64,000 nucleotides of DNA. It comes from Podarcis bocagei. Taxonomy: Eukaryota. Below are positions 38,081-51,040 of this stretch, piece by piece. Position 1 is the stretch's first letter. Each line of letters begins with the position of its first letter. The stretch is taken from assembly GCA_964188305.1 (NCBI GenBank), contig OZ076888.1; one strand, 5' to 3'. Under the pieces are notes generated by a model. The model had not been told where the DNA came from, did not search any database, and was given only the letters and a program-made list of their open reading frames with translations. The translations under genes and the position numbers were made by a program.

Positions 38081-41018
38081 CTGTAAAAGTGGCAATGGAA
38101 AATTTAATCTTGCATCTTTACAGATATTTGTGTGTGTGCAGCGTTTGAATTCACAGCAACAAATGTATATGTGAGACATTTAGAACGCCATGTACTACAA
38201 GCATTGTTAAATCCCCTGTAGAACGGATTGAATATGTATCTATGGCTCTTTTAAAAGCAAAAGAGAGAGAGACATTTTTCACATTTGCTTCACATAAACC
38301 TTTCTCTCTTTTTTGTACAATTGGGTTTTACTGCTGTCTCATTATCAAGCAATTTTGCTATTTTGTGTGTACGATTTCTTGAAAAGGAACTTCAATCAAT
38401 TGAGGGCCATTAAGCATCAAAATGTATGCAGACAAATCCCTTGGTAAATTATGAAAATGAATCTCAAACTAAGCACAAATAATGATTACATAGTTATTTT
38501 AACTGAGTTAGTGAAAATGAATCCATTGCAAACCCTTAATCCATCACAGGCTCCCCTAAATCCACATAGACTCACAGCCTGTAACTCTATATGTTACAAG
38601 CTGTTTATTTTCATCCGTCTGCGTCAGTAAAATATATAGTTCAAATGGTAGTGAAATCTAAACACTATCCAATGTTAATATCTGAGTTATTTGGCTAAAT
38701 GGAAGAAAATAAACATCTTATAAAATATTAACTTGCAAGTTATGTTTTTTTGGTGGGGAGGAACGTTGCACAGAAAAATGGGGCCAAAAGAATAATAGAT
38801 ACAAGACCTGGCAAAATAATTGTTCTGAATTCCACTTCATTATTTTCTATAGTCTTAACAGGAAGAAAAACAGGAACCTGAGAGGCAAAGCATGGTAATA
38901 GTCAACCTTTTTCTGCATGCAATTTAAAAAGTGGGGGCATGTTGTGGGAAATTGCTTGGAAAAGATGTTTTAAAAATAAATTCTGAGTGAATTTTGTCAT
39001 TTTTGTGGAATGCTGTGGTGCTTAATAGAGAGTCCCACAGAATTCTTTACAGTTACCCACAGTGCTGCTGATGAAGTTCACTAAGGAGCCAAAGGCAGCA
39101 ATCAAAAGAAAACAAATATCAAAACTTGCAATCTGGGGGCCTGTAATTTTAATCTTAAAAAGAGCAGATGAGTGGAGCAGTTAAATATTATAGGGTAAAT
39201 GATGCTTTTCCTGCTCTGCATAAAGATAAAATGCTTCCTTTTCAGAAACCCAGCTTCAAAGGCAAAAGACATGTTATTTGGTAATGTTATAATTTCAGAG
39301 AAACATCCTTGAAGCTTATCTTTGTTTTGTTCTCATTAGACATAACCACCGCCTACTTCTAGATGCCGATTAAATCAAAAATGCCTATTTGTTCATCAGT
39401 AGTATGAAATAACCTAAAACCTTGATAAAACTGTCTTCTGTGTGGGGAAATTAAATATTCAGTTACAACTTATCTGCAAAGCTGTTTTGGGTTTTTTTCC
39501 AACTTAAAGGACTGTAGAAATGGCATGTACACACACCCGGATCCCACGATCCTCCCTCCACACGCTGTGGGGATATTGTGTGCAAAGAAACAAGGGCTCC
39601 TGGCGCACAATATCCCACCAGATCTAGAGTGCATGGGGCAAAACTGGCAAATCCAGGACACCCATATGGGGAGGTGCACACAAGATGGCTGATCTACAGA
39701 CCCATTTCTGCACACAGCACAGACAGAAATGGGCACAGTGGCGCAACAGGGCAGATTAGCCAAGAGGCAGGCATGGAACAAGAACATTGTGTTTTGATTA
39801 TCCCTGGAGGTTGAAATTGCTCTTGCAGTAGGTACGAGAAAGTGTTCATTCAAGCCCACTATGGCTCAGAGAAATGAAGTGACAAGGAAGTCAGTATCAA
39901 CCCGTCTTGGATTCTGTGCCAAGCGTGACTAGTTTTGAAGATCAAGGTGGAAAATGGCTGTTTGGTTGGTCTCACTGCACTTATTCGGTTAAAAGTGAAT
40001 AACCCGAATGTAAATGCACACTTTTAACAGAATGGATGCTCCTCTCCCCCATCTGTGAGCATTAAAATTTAAGGTGTGGAAATGATTAATAGAACACTTC
40101 TCTCTTTTTTTTTTACTAATTCAGATTCAGTTTCTCTTGGCAGTCCTGCCTGCTCTGAAATCAATAGGCCAGCACCACTTATTTACCATAGTGATTATGC
40201 TAAGTTATGCTGACGTGGTGATGAAAGACCCAGTTCCTGGAAGTCTTGACACCATGCCTTATTTAAATTTTTTAAAAATAAGGCCTAACGCCCGATGTCA
40301 TAATCTTCTTAAAGGATATGAACGAAGCAAACTTTTTTTCTGGAAAGTTCAGAAATCCCTGACACCATTATATTTAGGGCATGATTGCTCACAAATCGAC
40401 ACTAGATTCTCCTTCCATTAGCAGCCTTTTAACAAAGTCTTTCCCCCATTTTTCCTTTGTGCTAGTGCGATATGGGGAGCAGACATACCGTCAGGATCCC
40501 TACCGCTGCCCCCTGCTGCTCTCCGACTATTCTGTATTCCACTCCAAACTAACACAGTGCAACTCTACAAGTCAAATTCAGTCCACTAGCCAAGTAGAGC
40601 ATCACACCAGGGGCTCAGTGAGCTTACTGCTTTGCCGCTTGTCTGGCAAAAACATGGACTGCCTCAAACACCTGGCAGGCCAAGCTACTAATACTTGACA
40701 AGCTCCATTTGGTTTGGTGGGCCACAAGTTTTGCTCAGCTGTTCTATACAAATTTCACTTTCATACTGGAAAATGCAGTATGCTTCCAACTGTTGTTTAA
40801 AGTTTGGACAACTTATTGCTAGATAAAAGTGTCATTTTCCTTCTATCGTAAAAGGCTTCTTCAGTGCAATCTTTGCTCGAAGCTGCAATGGAAATGCCAA
40901 GCTCATATTCTGTCTTCCCATATTAATACAGACAGTAACCCATTCATTGCAATGTTATTGCAATGTTTCCCTGTTTCCACTGCAACGATCACCAAAGAAC
41001 AGTGAACTTTATCTAGGT

Positions 41019-41129
41019 CAGGCATGGCCAAACTTGGCCCTCCCGATGTTTTGAGACCACTGGTCGTTAGCTAGGATGATGCGAGCTGTAGTCCCAAAAC
41101 ATCTGGAGGGCCAAGTTTGGCCGTGCCTG
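41019..41129. mobile_element. 111-bp hAT-superfamily MITE (fold-back)
   Basis: Long TIR CAGGCATGGCCAAACTTGGCCCTCC / GGAGGGCCAAGTTTGGCCGTGCCTG; perfect 8-bp TSD ATCTAGGT. Confidence 0.92.
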
Positions 41130-41334
41130 ATCTAGGTGATCAATATTCTCCCCATGGTTAAATTTAAGTAATTAAAGTGTGCCTTCTGGAAACCTGGTCT
41201 TAAAAGACTATAAAGAGAACACCACCTGTAATGTTCATTTTTGATATTTGATTCAAGACAATCTGTTCTAATTCATGTGTGTCCCTCTGTTTCTGCTTAA
41301 AGGTGCAACAATATTTGCACATGGTATCTGCAGC

Positions 41335-41492
41335 AATGGAAGGGACCCCAACGGTCATCCATTTCAACCCCCTGCTATGCAGGAATCTCAACAAAGCATC
41401 CATGACAGCTGGCCATCCAACCTCTGCCTCCATGGCTGGAGAGTCCACCACCTCTCATGGGAGTCTGTTCCACTGCTGAACAGCTCTTACTA
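41335..41492 (-). mobile_element. CR1 LINE 3' fragment
   Basis: GGAAGGGACCCC..GGTCATC..CAACCCCCTGC..GGCCATCCAACCTCTGC..GAGTCCACCACCTC..TGTTCCACTGCTGAACAGCTCTTAC is typical CR1 3' antisense sequence. Confidence 0.7.
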
Positions 41493-41990
41493 TTTGTTAT
41501 TTAAAGATTTGTTCTGAGGTCGTAGTTCTCAATCATAACAGCTGAGACTTGCTTAAAGCTGTCAGACTCTCCACAGAAAAAGGAATATGACAGAATAGAA
41601 TGGGTTCAAAGCCTACTATAATTTAAATTTCCCCCACAGAGCCATCTGGGCAAGTTTGAAACAGGTGGGAATTTACTGTGTTAAAGAATCACCTGAGTAT
41701 ATGTCTTTGGATTATTATTATTACCTCTGCATTTTCTCAGATTTATTGGGATGGATCTAATTAAAATCGGGAAATGTTATAGCCCATTAGAGCTACCCTG
41801 CTCTGCAAGGGAGGCTCCACTACTTTCATCTTTAAGAAGAAACTTATATGGATGGTTTTAAATGGCAGCAGATTAAAACAGAAAAGGGGCAACTCTGAAA
41901 GAGAGAGATACTAAGATGGTATAAGTGGGGCCCTGCAAGAAAATACTGCAATCTGTAGTTTTACTCTTCAGGGATCCAGCCATTCCATTC

Positions 41991-42140
41991 ATAGCTCAGA
42001 TGGTGGAGCATGAGACTTTTAATCCCAGGGTTGTGGGTTTAAGCCCCACCTTAGGCAAAAAAAATTATGCATTGCAGGGATTTGGACTAGATGACGTGCA
42101 CAGTCCCTTCCAACTCTAGAGTCCTATGATTCTATGATTC
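41991..42140 (+). mobile_element. Short tRNA(Lys-like)-headed SINE with CR1-type 3' tail
   Basis: A-box ATAGCTCAGATGG, degenerate B-box GGGTTTAAGCCC, tail GGACTAGATGAC...CCCTTCCAACTCT...(ATTCTATG)n. Confidence 0.8.
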
Positions 42141-43437
42141 ATTCCACCCCACTCCCCAAAGCAAATCAGCATTCCATGCCAACTGAGCACAGTCAGCCAC
42201 CATTGAGCTGTTTGGCATCCCCTCACCTCCATTTGGGTGTGGGATGGACACGCTACCGTCCAATTCCAGCTACATTAAAATCTCTCTCTCAGTTTAAACT
42301 TGCTATGAACTGGATCAGCTCTGATCTGACTGTACTGTAACATTTTGACAGCAGGGGAATATTTCAATGAACACACCTTCATTGAAGCTTATTGCTTTTA
42401 TTATTATGTTCCTGGTCAACTTCCTCACCACTACCCATGACTCTTATCAGGTGATGCCATAACGATAGGCCTAATCAAGACAGTGAAAGCTGTAGCCACA
42501 TAAGAGCATCTCCAAGACATCCATAGCTAAATGGATTCGCCATGACCAGATGCATTATGGACACCTGGCTTGATCAACTAGGGCAATTCTTATGTACACA
42601 CTGCATCTCAAAACTCTGTACAAGTAAATCTGACGAACTGCAGGTGTAGCCTGATACCCCACTGAAGAGCAAGCATCTGTTGGGTCAAAAAGCTGATGGT
42701 ATGCAATTAAGATTGTGCAATGGGGTGGTTTCTGAAACAGAGAACACCTCCACGGCCAATGCAAATTCAAAAACGAATCTTGGGGGCAATCAGAAGATTG
42801 TTGGAAATAGTGTCAGTATAGATATCATTTGATTTAAAATGATGAATGATGCCCAGGAGCCTGATTCTGAATCTAGTGTAAAGGCTTTGGGGGAGAGATG
42901 CCTCCAGTGTGACAGTATTACTTCCAAAACACTGATTTCATGTTAACTCTGAAGGAAATAAGGCATTTACTCTGAGTCATCAGGAAAAACCGCTTTTCTC
43001 TATTGTTTGTATTTTACATCTGTCTCCAGCCTGTGGCACATCCATTCAATGGAAAATGAGCTCACATGTTCAAGTTAAGAGATAACCAATGTTTAGTTGG
43101 CAATAGCCAACCTGAGCTGGACTTATCAGCCCCCATCTTGACTCCCACAGCTGGACAACTGCCTGAGGCAATAAATCAGACATCACGGACCACTGTCATC
43201 TACAGACATTTGGCAGTCCCCGTTTCAGACATTTAGGTTATCATGCACAACTATAATTCCCAAAAGGATAACACAGTCTAAATTCAACTAGAATTCTTAA
43301 GCAGCTCATGCCAGCATATGTTGTTCTGAATTCAGAACTCCACAATAATTTTCTAGCATAGAGAAGACCTCAGTAAAAGCAACAACACCAAACGATTATT
43401 GACCCTTACGCCTAAATAACAAACAGAAAGGAGCATA

Positions 43438-43945
43438 CAATATTTTTCGCTCTATAGAACACACCCGACCATAGGACACACCTTGTTTTAGAGGGGGAGA
43501 ACAAGAAAAAGAAAATCTCCCCTTCTCTGCGCAGCGCCCCTTCAGCGAAGCAGCAGGAGAAATGGAGCCCCTTCCATTTCTCCTCCCACTTAGCTGAAGG
43601 GGCGCTGCGCCTTAGCTGAAGGGGCACCTACCCTTCAGTGAAAGGAACCCGAAGCCTCCGGAGCGCAGCGGGAGCTCCCGCTGCACTCCGGAGACTTCAG
43701 GCGGCTATCTTTGAAGCCTGGAGAGCGAGAGGGGTCAGTGCGCACTGACCCCTCTCGCTTTCCAGGTTTCAGCAAAAGCAACGCGAAGCCTCCGGAGCAC
43801 GGCGGGAGCGCTCCCACTGCACTTCGGAGGCTTTGCATTGCTATCACTGAAGCCAAGGAGCCTGCATTCGCTCCATAAGACGCACACACATTTCCCCTTA
43901 ATTTTTGGAGGGGAAAATGTGTGTCTTATAGAGTGAAAAATACGG
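43438..43945. mobile_element. Tc1/mariner (pogo-like) non-autonomous element with GC-rich internal palindromes
   Basis: Imperfect TIRs CAATATTTTTCGCTCTATAGAACAC / GTGTCTTATAGAGTGAAAAATACGG; TA at the left flank. Confidence 0.8.
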
Positions 43946-45330
43946 AATATCAACCAACCAACCAAACAAATGTGGGGTGTGAATTAGGAGTATATGAGTA
44001 CCAATGCAAATCTGCCACTTGGATCTCTATTAGGTGCATGCTGAAGTGTATCCAACACTTCTTATCTGAATTATGCTGGAAACTAATGGGCTGCACATGC
44101 ACTAGGTTTTCAGAGGCACCCTTTCAAACTAGGAACACCTTCTGTCCCACTGAAAAGCTGTTGCTGACAGTAGGAGTGCCGCAAAACAGAAGGGAAAATA
44201 TGGGCATCAGAATCTTGTTCAATCTGTGTATATGCAGGAGTGGTGCTAGTATCAGCATCCTGTATCCTCTGCCTCATCATTCCTGCTCAGATCAGGGAAG
44301 CTTTCTCGTGTGCTTGCTTTAGTTGAATTGTTTGCAGCAGAACACGAACTGCTTGCTGGCTGGGCAGACAGCCCCTTAAGCTTAGTTTGGTCAAAGTGAT
44401 GAAAGCTTAAATCAGAACTGCTAAATCCTGCGCATTATGAAATCTCAATTTGTAAGTTTCACTCTACTGGAAAGAAGAATGGCTCAAAGGTTGTAACATG
44501 GTGTGAAAAATACAATGAATGTGGCATTTAAGGAGAAAACGATAGTTTTACATTGGATAAGCATGATGAAGGTTAACAAGTTATGCAACATCTGGGAAGA
44601 GGGTTTATACAAATATTTTTAGCCATTTTAATAGACTAAGGCAGAAATCCTTTCAGGGAGAAAGTTGCATTGAATACATTACGTAAGATGGCACCCCAAA
44701 TGGCCAGATTGTTAGAAATAACTTCAAAGGCTATCTTGACTTCTCTTCGTCACTACTCCATATTTTATCTTAGTTTGCTGCTGTTTTTTGTGTGTAAACT
44801 ACCCACTTATTTGAATATAAAATCTGGAACAATGTAAGGGCCAAGATTTAAGGCGTGTCATTAACTTGATGGCTCCAACTTAACAGACTTGCCTAATTTC
44901 ACTTTCTAATAGCATTTGCCCAGAAGTGTTGGAGAAAGGCAAATAAAATTTCCTTCTCATGAGCTTCCAGCTAATGCATATGTTACTTTAAACCACAAGA
45001 GAGCACTGCTTCTCTAGCAATCTAGCCAACACTTGTTTGTAACTCTCTGTCTAAGTTAACTCCAACCCTAAAAGCTGAGCCATTTTTCTCTCTCCCTACT
45101 TGTTGAGAAAATATGTCTTCTATTCTCTCTCATCTCTACTGTAAATAGTTCCTGCATGAATAAAGCCTCTGAACACCAAAAACTGTAACAGAAGCGGAAC
45201 TTTCCAAAGGTTAGCACATTGGAATCATATACATCCTTACTTCAAAGCAAAACTCAAAGAATACTTTTAATGCTTGTATTATCAGCTGATTGGCTAGACT
45301 TTTTTTTAGCCTTCCTTAGTGCTTAAATGA

Positions 45331-45690
45331 GGGACGCGGGTGGCGCTGTGGGTAAAACCTCAGCGCCTAGGACTTGCCGATCGCATGGTCGGTGGTTCGA
45401 ATCCCCGCGGTGGGGTGCGCTCCCGTCGTTTGGTCCCAGCGCCTGCCAACCTAGCAGTTCGAAAGCACCTCCGGGTGCAAGTAGATAAATAGGGACCGCT
45501 TACCAGCGGGAAGGTAAACGGCGTTCCCTGTGCTGCGCTGGCTCACCAGATGCAGCTTTGTCACGCTGGCCACGTGACCTGGAAGTGTCTGCGGACAGCG
45601 CTGGCTCCCGGCCTATAGAGTGAGATGAGTGCACAACCCTAGAGTCTGGCAAGACTGGCCCGTACGGGCAGAGGTACCTTTACCTTTACC
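45331..45690 (+). mobile_element. Full-length Sauria SINE (Squam1-type), ...CCCGTACGGGCAG... subfamily
   Basis: tRNA-like head GGGACGCGGGTGGCGCTGTGG, B-box GGTTCGAATCC, (ACCTTT)n tail; TSD TAGTGCTTAAAT(G/A)A at 45317-45330 and 45691-45704. Confidence 0.93.
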
Positions 45691-46886
45691 TAGTGCTTAA
45701 ATAAGAAGTTCTGCTTTAGTTTTATTATTGTTGTTTTAGTATATTTAGTTTTTGATGTTTTCTGTACATTGCTCAGAGAACAACAGCTATTTGGTGTACC
45801 CAATGTAGTGAATAAATTTAAATAAATTAGAGTTGGGTTAACTCCCAAGTAAACAAGCACAGAATCAGGCACTCAGATCAGATGCAAACCAAAGAATGTC
45901 AACTAAAGCTACCAATACCTGTATGTGATTACTATTTCACAACCATAGATATGTTAGCTAACTGCACAGGCATTAAAATGACACAACAGGCTTTGTTCTA
46001 TGGGACAAATACCAGAGTGATTACATTTCAGCTTAAATTAATTTCAGCTTTTGTGTTCTCTGTTACTTCATTATGGAATAGATGCAGCCCAGATTTATAC
46101 TCAGTGAACAAAGCAAAACAAATAAATATATCTAGCTAGCTAGCTAGCTATTTAAATATGTTTTTTGCATTCAACTGTGGCAGGAAATGCACAACCTAAT
46201 CTGAGCATTATGGGCTGGGGAAATATTCCCAATGACGATCGTCTTATGTCAAATGGGCTTTATTGCAGATGCCATCTTTATATGCCATATTAAAGCAGCT
46301 CTTTCTTCTCGTTTCAAGATCTTAATCGCAGTTTGTTGCTCCAACGTTTTATTGGTTTGGAATACATGCTGTAAAATCCGCAACCATCAAATTTCCCTGT
46401 GAGCTAAAAATAAAGTGGCCATGTCAGATATGGTTAGTTGATAAAAAGTGTCAGAGTATTCTGCTTTCCCCCCCCCCCCCTTGCCTTTATACTTTGGATA
46501 ACTTCCTGTTTATGTGGCACTGACCCTTGTCTAATAAAGATCTTTTACTATTCACAGTAAAGAAAGATACTGCACCAAGCTATTCCTTAATGGACAACGC
46601 TGATTACTTTTGAAAGCATTTAATACATTTCCCATATTCCAACATGAACAGATGTCAGGGACTATGCCAAGTGAAATTTCATTTTATGCAATCTTGGCTT
46701 GTTGTACAAGAATAGCCCTTTCTCAACATGGGAAAAAATTACAGACCCAACCAATTTCCTTGACAGGGAAGAGTTACACATGTTTTCCACTCAAGAAGTG
46801 TTTTTTTTCTTCTTCAACAAGTTTACAGTTTTGCCAAACCTGGAACTAATTGGGGCTTTTTCTAAAAAAGGACCCAATAACCCCAC

Positions 46887-46909
46887 TGTGTGTGTGTGTG
46901 TGTGTGTGT
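46887..46909. repeat. (TG)n microsatellite, ~120 bp downstream of the exon 7 donor
   Basis: Direct read. Confidence 0.93.
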
Positions 46910-47030
46910 ACTACATTGTTATTTCCTGTGTGTGTCTATGTGTGTGTGTTTGAGAAAAAGAAACACCACCCCGAACAGGGGAAAGCTAGATTACACATTT
47001 TTTTCCCATTTAAGTTACTTAAACACTTAC

Positions 47031-47083
47031 TGTTTCATATCCTCCCAGTTTTTGAGCAGCTTGAAACATAGTCCAAAGGTTAA
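47031..47083 (-). CDS. ARID5B: ARID5B exon 7 equivalent (ARID domain; (I)NLWTMFQAAQKLGGYET), 53 nt
   Basis: Acceptor CTAACAG|TTAACC at 47083, donor ACA|GTAAGT at 47031; phase 1 in, phase 0 out, fitting both neighbours. Too short for the ORF track. Confidence 0.96.
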
Positions 47084-49048
47084 CTGTTAGAGGGACAATA
47101 AGTATTTAGATAAGCATTGCATTAACCAACTTTTTTCAAAGAAATGCAAATCAAACAGTTTTTCTTTCACAGTGAAGCAAGAAGATAACAATCACATCTA
47201 CGCACACAAAAAGGTTTTTTTTTTGGGGGGGGGGAGAAACACAAACAATCTGCGAATGACATTTACATAATTCAAAGAGTAAACATTGGCTTTGCACATA
47301 TACCATTCCTTTCTTAAAATCACAAGGGAAAACATTTCTCTGAGATACAGTTACAGATATAAAAGAATTTTTTTTTTTACTGAGCTTAAATTCACTTCCA
47401 GGATATAAAACAAACAGCATAAAAAACAAAACACACGAAATAAGCTTTGCATTATATGTTCCTATATAAAACTAACATAGTTATTAGAAAGAGCATTATT
47501 TTTAAAATGTCATTTAGTTAATGTAGCAGGAAACTGGAGTGCATATACAAAGCAGTCCTTGATTAAACAAGTATTTACTGCCACTCAGATAAGAGACCTT
47601 GGCTGGGATCCAGAGATCCTCTTCCACATGAGGAAACAAGCTTCTACAAGTGGAGCAGCTCATTTCATCATGAATGTAGCCTGCAGGGTGAGGAATATCA
47701 AGATGCACCCAGAGCGACCGTATCTCCCATACAACTGCACCCCAGCTTTCTCAGAGTCTAAACCATCTCAAGAGGTCTTGAGGTCTCACAGATCATGCAC
47801 TGTCTTATGTGGACCTCCCAAAAGTGTTAGCGCTCCCCAATAGCCAGGCGTGTTCCTTGCAAAGTCATGCTGCCCCTGCACTCATCTATGCAACTCTTGA
47901 AAGTAGGGGAAGCCCTATGGGGAACTTCCACTGGTGGGAACATTTATAGCCCCATGGTCCAGATCCCAGGCATGGGTGTCTTGTACATAACATCTGCCAC
48001 CAGGAGTGCGTTGCCTGTTTCCTGCTATCATCCCTATTTTGCAACTAGCATAAAATGCACAGCTGTCTCTGCACTGGTTGTTTCAAACCATCCCTGCTGT
48101 TGATTGGTGCCAAACTAAGCCTCTAATGGATCAAATTTGACTGACATGGTTAGATGGGATAGTTTGCAGAATTTTGGTTTACGCTGGCACAAACGTCCTG
48201 AAGCATCCAAAATACCAATGGTTGTGGACATTTCAGAATGCCTAACTAAAGCTTGGTCCACTACAGAGCTGGCAAAAATGAATATCTTTAACATTTGAGC
48301 TAAGGAAGGGTGCAAATTCCATCATTCCACATGAAGTGGATGCCATTTGCTGGCTGTTGAACTCATGTCAAAGAGCTTAGCTAGAGAGATAGACATAAAT
48401 CAATATATTTTGATGTGATTATACCTCCCTATATGATCATGACTTATTTTTAAATTGTCCGTATATCTGCACTTTAATCCAATTGTCTCTTTTAATAAAG
48501 GTTTCCTTTTAAGTTTAAAGGGGGAAAGGGGGCAAGCACTTTTAGAATCCTCTGTAATGAGAGAACTACAGAATGCAGTAAAATAGGTTCGACTGCATTT
48601 TTTTTCTCCCTTTACCCCATCAAAGAGCTTCTCATAATGGTGCTGTATGAATTGCCTCCAAAATATTACATAAATTATGGGTGTTCCCCAGGGAGTAGTA
48701 CTCATTATTGAACCACACAGCACAGCAAAGAACATTCACTGTACTTATTCAGCAACAGAGGAATTATATTATTTAAACTGGTTCTTCCTACTCATGTGTT
48801 TACACATGTCAAGGTAGACAAACACAGCGACTACTCCTGGCCATTATATGAGCAGCTCAGTTACTCCTGAGTAATCTTGCTCTGAGGAAACATGAGGCAC
48901 ATTGCTGAATATCAAACAAGTCAGTTTATCTCAGCTACATGTTGCAGAGTGATCTCATGGCAACGCTGGGAAATTGAGACCCAATAAATACCTGCTTTTA
49001 AAAATGTGCCTCTTTGTTAGTGACAAATAAGGGGGGGGGGGAATTAAC

Positions 49049-49051
<3 letters not shown>

Positions 49052-49091
<40 letters not shown>
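49052..49091. repeat. (AC)n microsatellite
   Basis: Direct read. Confidence 0.97.
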
Positions 49092-49093
<2 letters not shown>

Positions 49094-50422
49094 CATCTCA
49101 AAATGTTCTAAATAAAAAGCTTCACTGAACCTTGCACTCTCCCTGAGCTATCAAGAGCTTTGCTCGGGCCTTGATTTAATCGGAATCAAATGCATAATGC
49201 AACAAAGCTGTTCATAGTACATTAATTTTACTTCTATTTCAAGCAGCCGGTTTTTCAGGCAAACATTGTAATCATTTTGGAGTTATATAAGTTTATAATG
49301 ACTGCTAGAGGTCTGTTGCAATCAGTGTCAATTGCTATTAGGTATGTAAATTGTTATGTAAAACATAGAGGTTTGACATTCTTCATCAAAATAACATACA
49401 CATTTAATCTGGGAAGATAGGTTTGAGAAAGTCATATTTCCATGTAAGGCATTCCTCCCTTTATAATAATTTAGATACCTTATAGGCTATTAAAAGCACA
49501 CCTTTCATCGTTTGCGATGTTCATTCTTCCATGCTATAGAATGTTTATGCAAAATTTAATTACAGTTGCATGTTCTCTATCAATTGTTGCTTTTATAAGC
49601 ACTGACTCAAAAAGTGCTCTTTCCAAAGCAATCCTTAGCATTGTGCTATGATGTCTTTAAACAGATCTTGTCTATTTTTATACTCTGTGACCTCCTTCAC
49701 CTACTTTCTGGCCACCTTTAGATGCCTTCCTTTTATATCTGTGGGACTCCCCCCCCTGAAGGAACATCTGGGTACAATAAAAGTATGTCGTATTATTAAT
49801 TCAAGGGAAGACATTAGCTGCAGTATTTATCAAAAGGAGAGGGAGAGCAGGAACCTTTCTAAATATGCCAGGTTCTGATCGCAAGCAGTGTATTTTAAAA
49901 CTATAAATTTCCACCAGCAGTTGCCCAAAATGAGGAGAAACTGCAAGATAGGGGATGGAAAAATGTATTGGTGGATATAAACACAATGACAACAACTCTC
50001 GTTTCAAAGGTCCCAGTGTGCATGTATGTACGTATGTGTTTTCCTTTTTAAGGTTTTTACTGGCTGACATACAAAGATCTCCTCGTTGTGCCTATGGGAG
50101 CTTCGTCCCCCCCCCACACCTCCCAAATCCACACGGCAAACCACTTTGAAAACCGAGAAGACTTTTAAAAGTCATTTGCTTTATGGCATTGGTGGTGGGG
50201 TTTCTGCTCAAAGGGCAGGAGGGGAAATCTCAATGCCTATAAAGCTCTAGATCCTGACAATTAGTTTTATAGTAAATGTACAGTGCAAAAGAAGAGACAA
50301 AGAGAAAGCTAAAGAGGGCCATATCTGTCCACAAAGTTGTCCCACCTTATCAAGCCAAACAACCCCAGAAGCCAAACTGTTCTAAAATGTCAAACCAAAA
50401 ATGCAATGAAAATTCTACTTAC

Positions 50423-50627
50423 TCTGCTTAAAACCAAGGTAGGGTATTCGTTCAATTGGTGTTTTTCTTTCTTTCATATATTTATAAAGTGCCACAAGGA
50501 ATGCCTGTTCATCCGCTCTGCATTCTTCACCTACAGAAACCTTTGATTTATCCTCGCTTGAGCCCTTTTTACAGTTGCTGTTGTTATTTTTGGTTTTGTG
50601 CAAAGGCAATTTAGCCTCACATTTTAC
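50423..50627 (-). CDS. ARID5B: ARID5B exon 6 equivalent (start of ARID domain; VKCEAK...RADEQAFLVALYKYMKERKTPIERIPYLGFKQ), 205 nt
   Basis: Acceptor TTCTTCCAG|GTA at 50627, donor CAGA|GTAAGT at 50423; ARID5 signature RADEQAFLVALYKYMKERKTPIERIP. Confidence 0.97.
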
Positions 50628-51040
50628 CTGGAAGAAAAGAGGAGATGCCAGATTAGATCTTGAAAACTGCCTGCTCCAGCTTTCATTCCCATTTAAGAGA
50701 TGACCCCCTTCTGCTCCATCACGCCTTCTCTTTCTCAGAAGGCCAACAACAACATTAAAGCTCTTTCTCTGTGTTTTAGGTACAATATTTCCAAACTGTT
50801 GCATCTCGATTTCCCTACTTCCTTTGCCTCTCATTCTTGCCTCCACTCTGTGTTTGTTTAATTCTTTGGACAAGTCAAGAACCTAAAGAGAACACGAAGC
50901 CGTGTCTTCTCTCCTTTAAGTTACTGCTCTGTGGTTTCCTGGCCCAACCTCATGCCATTTGCTTTTTGAGTCTTCCCTGTTGTATCTAGGTCTCCACTGC
51001 AGCCTGCCGGATCCCTAATGCTGCTTACCCCTCCCTTATA

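Noticed and set aside
41991-42065. Possible tRNA-Lys gene
   Set aside because: Degenerate B-box and stems, fused to a CR1-type tail, with sibling copies at 23251 and 35312: a SINE head.
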